From positions 1,065-65,064 of the forward strand of contig JAZDPL010000061.1 in NCBI GenBank assembly GCA_043797665.1: a DNA stretch of 64,000 nucleotides. Direction: 5' to 3'. This document shows, piece after piece, positions 62,029-64,000 of this stretch. The notes beneath the pieces were generated by a model. The model did not search any database, was not told the origin of the DNA, and worked only from the letters and a program-made list of their open reading frames with translations. This DNA is from Candidatus Omnitrophota bacterium. GTDB lineage: Bacteria > Ratteibacteria > UBA8468 > MWAK01. The first letter of the stretch is position 1. Every line of letters begins with the position of its first letter. Position numbers and translations under genes: made by a program.

Positions 62029-63936
62029 ATGGCTGTATTTGAAGAAAAAAAGGTTGTTGTTTGTTCCCGTGGCCATCTCTTTTTTACGGTAAATAAGACA
62101 TCAGTATCTGCTATTATTTGTCCTGAATGTGGAGAGAAAATTATCGATGCCCTCCCCACTCAACCGAGAAAGACAATTTTGGCGCCTGCAGCGGAAAAAC
62201 ATGAGGTTCAAAGTGCGGAAGCCCCAGCCATTCAAGACAAACTGGATCAGGAGATGGATTTAGCACCAAAAATTACCACGCCCGTTATTTCGAATCAAAA
62301 ATCAATGGAGCGGGGTAATACGTCTAATACATTCAAAAATAACGCTTATTGCATTCTTGGGTTGGAAACTTCGGCGAACCAAAAAGATATCCTTAAGCGA
62401 TCAAGGGAAATTATCAATCACCTAAAAATTGGCGAACATCCGGAATACGACTTAGATGTCAATCTATTCAAAGACTTCAGGACGGAAGAATCGGTAAAAG
62501 AAGCCGTGCAAAGATTGCAGACCCCAAAGAAAAAAATCAAAGAATATTTTTTCTGGTTCCAAATAGCGGATAGCATCGATCAACAAGCACTGGGATTACT
62601 TAGAAGCAAAGATTACTTAGGTTCCTCGGTCACCTGGCAAAATGCATCTGACACCAATAATGCAAGGTTTTACTCCTACAAAAGGAATCTTGCTATTTTG
62701 TATTGCTTGTTACTTTCGATAGGAAATAACGAGCATTATCTTCAAGATTCACTATTAATATGGAAGGAACTTCTAGGTTCCGAGGATTTTTGGACTTTCT
62801 TTTCTAAAGAATATAAATTACAGGATGAACAAACAACCAGCCAAGAAATAATCACCGATTTTGAAAATCAGGCTGTCGGTTATTTAGCTGATATATATAC
62901 TGAACTGCATCAAATTCACAATAACGCCGAATATATAAATGAGTTTCAAAAAATCTTTTCGACAAAAGGTGAAAAGATAGAAAGGAATGTATTGGAACCA
63001 GCTTACCAAGCGATTAATGATGCTACCAAAAAGTTAGAAGAGATGAAGGTGGGCGAAGACGGTGTACTTACTAAGCAAGAGACGGAAGAAATAAAAAACC
63101 TCTATGGATCAATTCAGCTTGAACTAAATAAACTAATCGACCTAGGTTTTTATGATGACAGTCAAACGAAAATAATGCGGGATAAGGTGGCGAACGCATT
63201 GAAAACCATCGTCTTGGACCTACACAACAATCTAAGCGAAACAGAAAAGGCTCTTTCCCTGTTAAATATTGCCTTGAAAATAGTCGGCACATCCAGTTTA
63301 GAAGCAACAATAAAACATGAAATTCAAACTCTCGAGAAGATTAAAAAGAATACCGACTTAATTAACCCCGTCAGTGACTTGATTGCTCAAGAAAAATATG
63401 AAGAAGCATTGCAGCGCCTCTATTTTGACCAAGCAAAATACCAAGAGGACCCAGAACTGCAAAAATTGTATGATCGGCAAAAGAAATTTTTTGTTTCCAA
63501 CATTGCATCTAGGAATAATAGTTTAGCATGGGGCCATTTAGAACTCTCGCGGATGGATTTGGCAAAGCTCCTTTCGCGGCAGGCTGGAGATTTAATCTAC
63601 GACAACATTATTCTATATAACTTCAATAGAAAGGCTATTGACGAGATGCTAGCGGAAATCCATTCAAATCTCACAAGGTTCAAATCTTGCCACATTAAAC
63701 GATGCTATGAATATCGAAATTCCTTCGCGAAATTGGCCAATGAGCAATTCAAAGGACAACCTGAGGAAATGGCATTGGTGATTTTGGTTGATTCATACTT
63801 GTTTCCCCACCTTATTAACCTACACAAAAGGAAAAAAGAGGCAGATACGATGTACAATATTGGCAGCTATACGTGGTGGTTCGGTGTGGGTTTAATTTTT
63901 TATATAGCCGGCTGGATTCATGAAAATAGGGGTTGA
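62029..63936 (+). CDS. 635-aa zinc-ribbon / J-like domain / helical / C-terminal TM protein
   Basis: Start at MAVFEEKK, 14 nt after the Hsp70 stop. CSRGH...CPECG is a zinc ribbon. NAYCILGLETSANQKDILKRSREIINHLKIGEHPEYD resembles J-domain helices II-III with HPE in place of HPD. The last 25 aa are hydrophobic (WWFGVGLIFYIAGWI). Confidence 0.55.
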   Translation: MAVFEEKKVVVCSRGHLFFTVNKTSVSAIICPECGEKIIDALPTQPRKTILAPAAEKHEVQSAEAPAIQDKLDQEMDLAPKITTPVISNQKSMERGNTSNTFKNNAYCILGLETSANQKDILKRSREIINHLKIGEHPEYDLDVNLFKDFRTEESVKEAVQRLQTPKKKIKEYFFWFQIADSIDQQALGLLRSKDYLGSSVTWQNASDTNNARFYSYKRNLAILYCLLLSIGNNEHYLQDSLLIWKELLGSEDFWTFFSKEYKLQDEQTTSQEIITDFENQAVGYLADIYTELHQIHNNAEYINEFQKIFSTKGEKIERNVLEPAYQAINDATKKLEEMKVGEDGVLTKQETEEIKNLYGSIQLELNKLIDLGFYDDSQTKIMRDKVANALKTIVLDLHNNLSETEKALSLLNIALKIVGTSSLEATIKHEIQTLEKIKKNTDLINPVSDLIAQEKYEEALQRLYFDQAKYQEDPELQKLYDRQKKFFVSNIASRNNSLAWGHLELSRMDLAKLLSRQAGDLIYDNIILYNFNRKAIDEMLAEIHSNLTRFKSCHIKRCYEYRNSFAKLANEQFKGQPEEMALVILVDSYLFPHLINLHKRKKEADTMYNIGSYTWWFGVGLIFYIAGWIHENRG

Positions 63937-63937
63937 A

Positions 63938-64000
63938 TATGGCACAAGAAAAGCAACATCTCGATATTGACCTCGGATTTTTAGATAAAGTCGATTCCTC
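63938..64000 (+). CDS. start of a further operon gene (partial, MAQEKQHLDIDLGFLDKVDS...)
   Basis: The ATG lies 1 nt after the preceding stop and the frame is open to the window end. Confidence 0.4.

Overview
This 64-kb window looks like it comes from an uncultivated diderm bacterium (lptE, bamD-like and tonB/exbBD are present). It splits into two very different halves. All calls come from reading the sequence and ORF translations by eye; no searches were run, and identities, GC statements and repeat coordinates are manual and approximate.

Left half (1-31.8 kb, mostly minus strand): core genes.
- An SDR epimerase fragment, ahcY, coaB-ftsZ-ftsA-ftsQ, lptE-holA and a bamD-like TPR gene.
- A secretome locus with three consecutive secreted proteins: an M4 metalloprotease, an S8 subtilase and a ~3,600-aa modular giant. 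All three end in the same CFIATAAFG C-terminal module.
- tonB-exbD-exbB, a GT4 glycosyltransferase, tsaB, a DUF3108-like gene, mgtC and HU.
- The intergenic spaces hold two hairpin repeat families: R1 (TGTAGGGG...CCCCTACA double hairpins, 9 copies) and R2 (GTCATTCTGAG.../...CAGAATGAC).

Right half (31.8-64 kb): AT-rich accessory DNA with no R1 or R2 copies.
- It starts at a 43-nt tRNA-Met-like 5' fragment. That fragment recurs in two more ~250-nt blocks at 35.7 and 50.8 kb, and those two carry their own extended -10 promoter.
- It holds two divergent paralogs of a ~550-aa C39-like cysteine-peptidase-fold protein, and a LamG/DUF1080-like + TIR/NDT-like fusion with a small membrane partner.
- A GC-rich type I R-M operon has DUF1016 and DUF262/GmrSD-like genes embedded in it.
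- A one-directional array of small unrelated genes (ankyrin, GspG-like, HEAT, TPR and others) is separated by at least 5 families of modular repeats.
- It ends in a tight operon encoding three small membrane proteins, a membrane-anchored GrpE-like protein, an 837-aa atypical Hsp70 and a zinc-ribbon/J-like/TM protein.

No rRNA, complete tRNA, CRISPR array, transposase or integrase was recognised.

Best candidates for something new:
- the membrane-tethered Hsp70 operon;
- the promoter-driven tRNA-like-headed blocks; copy 3 contains a 79-nt patch antisense to the neighbouring hsdR start and DUF1016 mRNA;
- the C39-like paralogs;
- the cassette-array architecture, whose ~260-nt element has a hairpin with compensatory substitutions.
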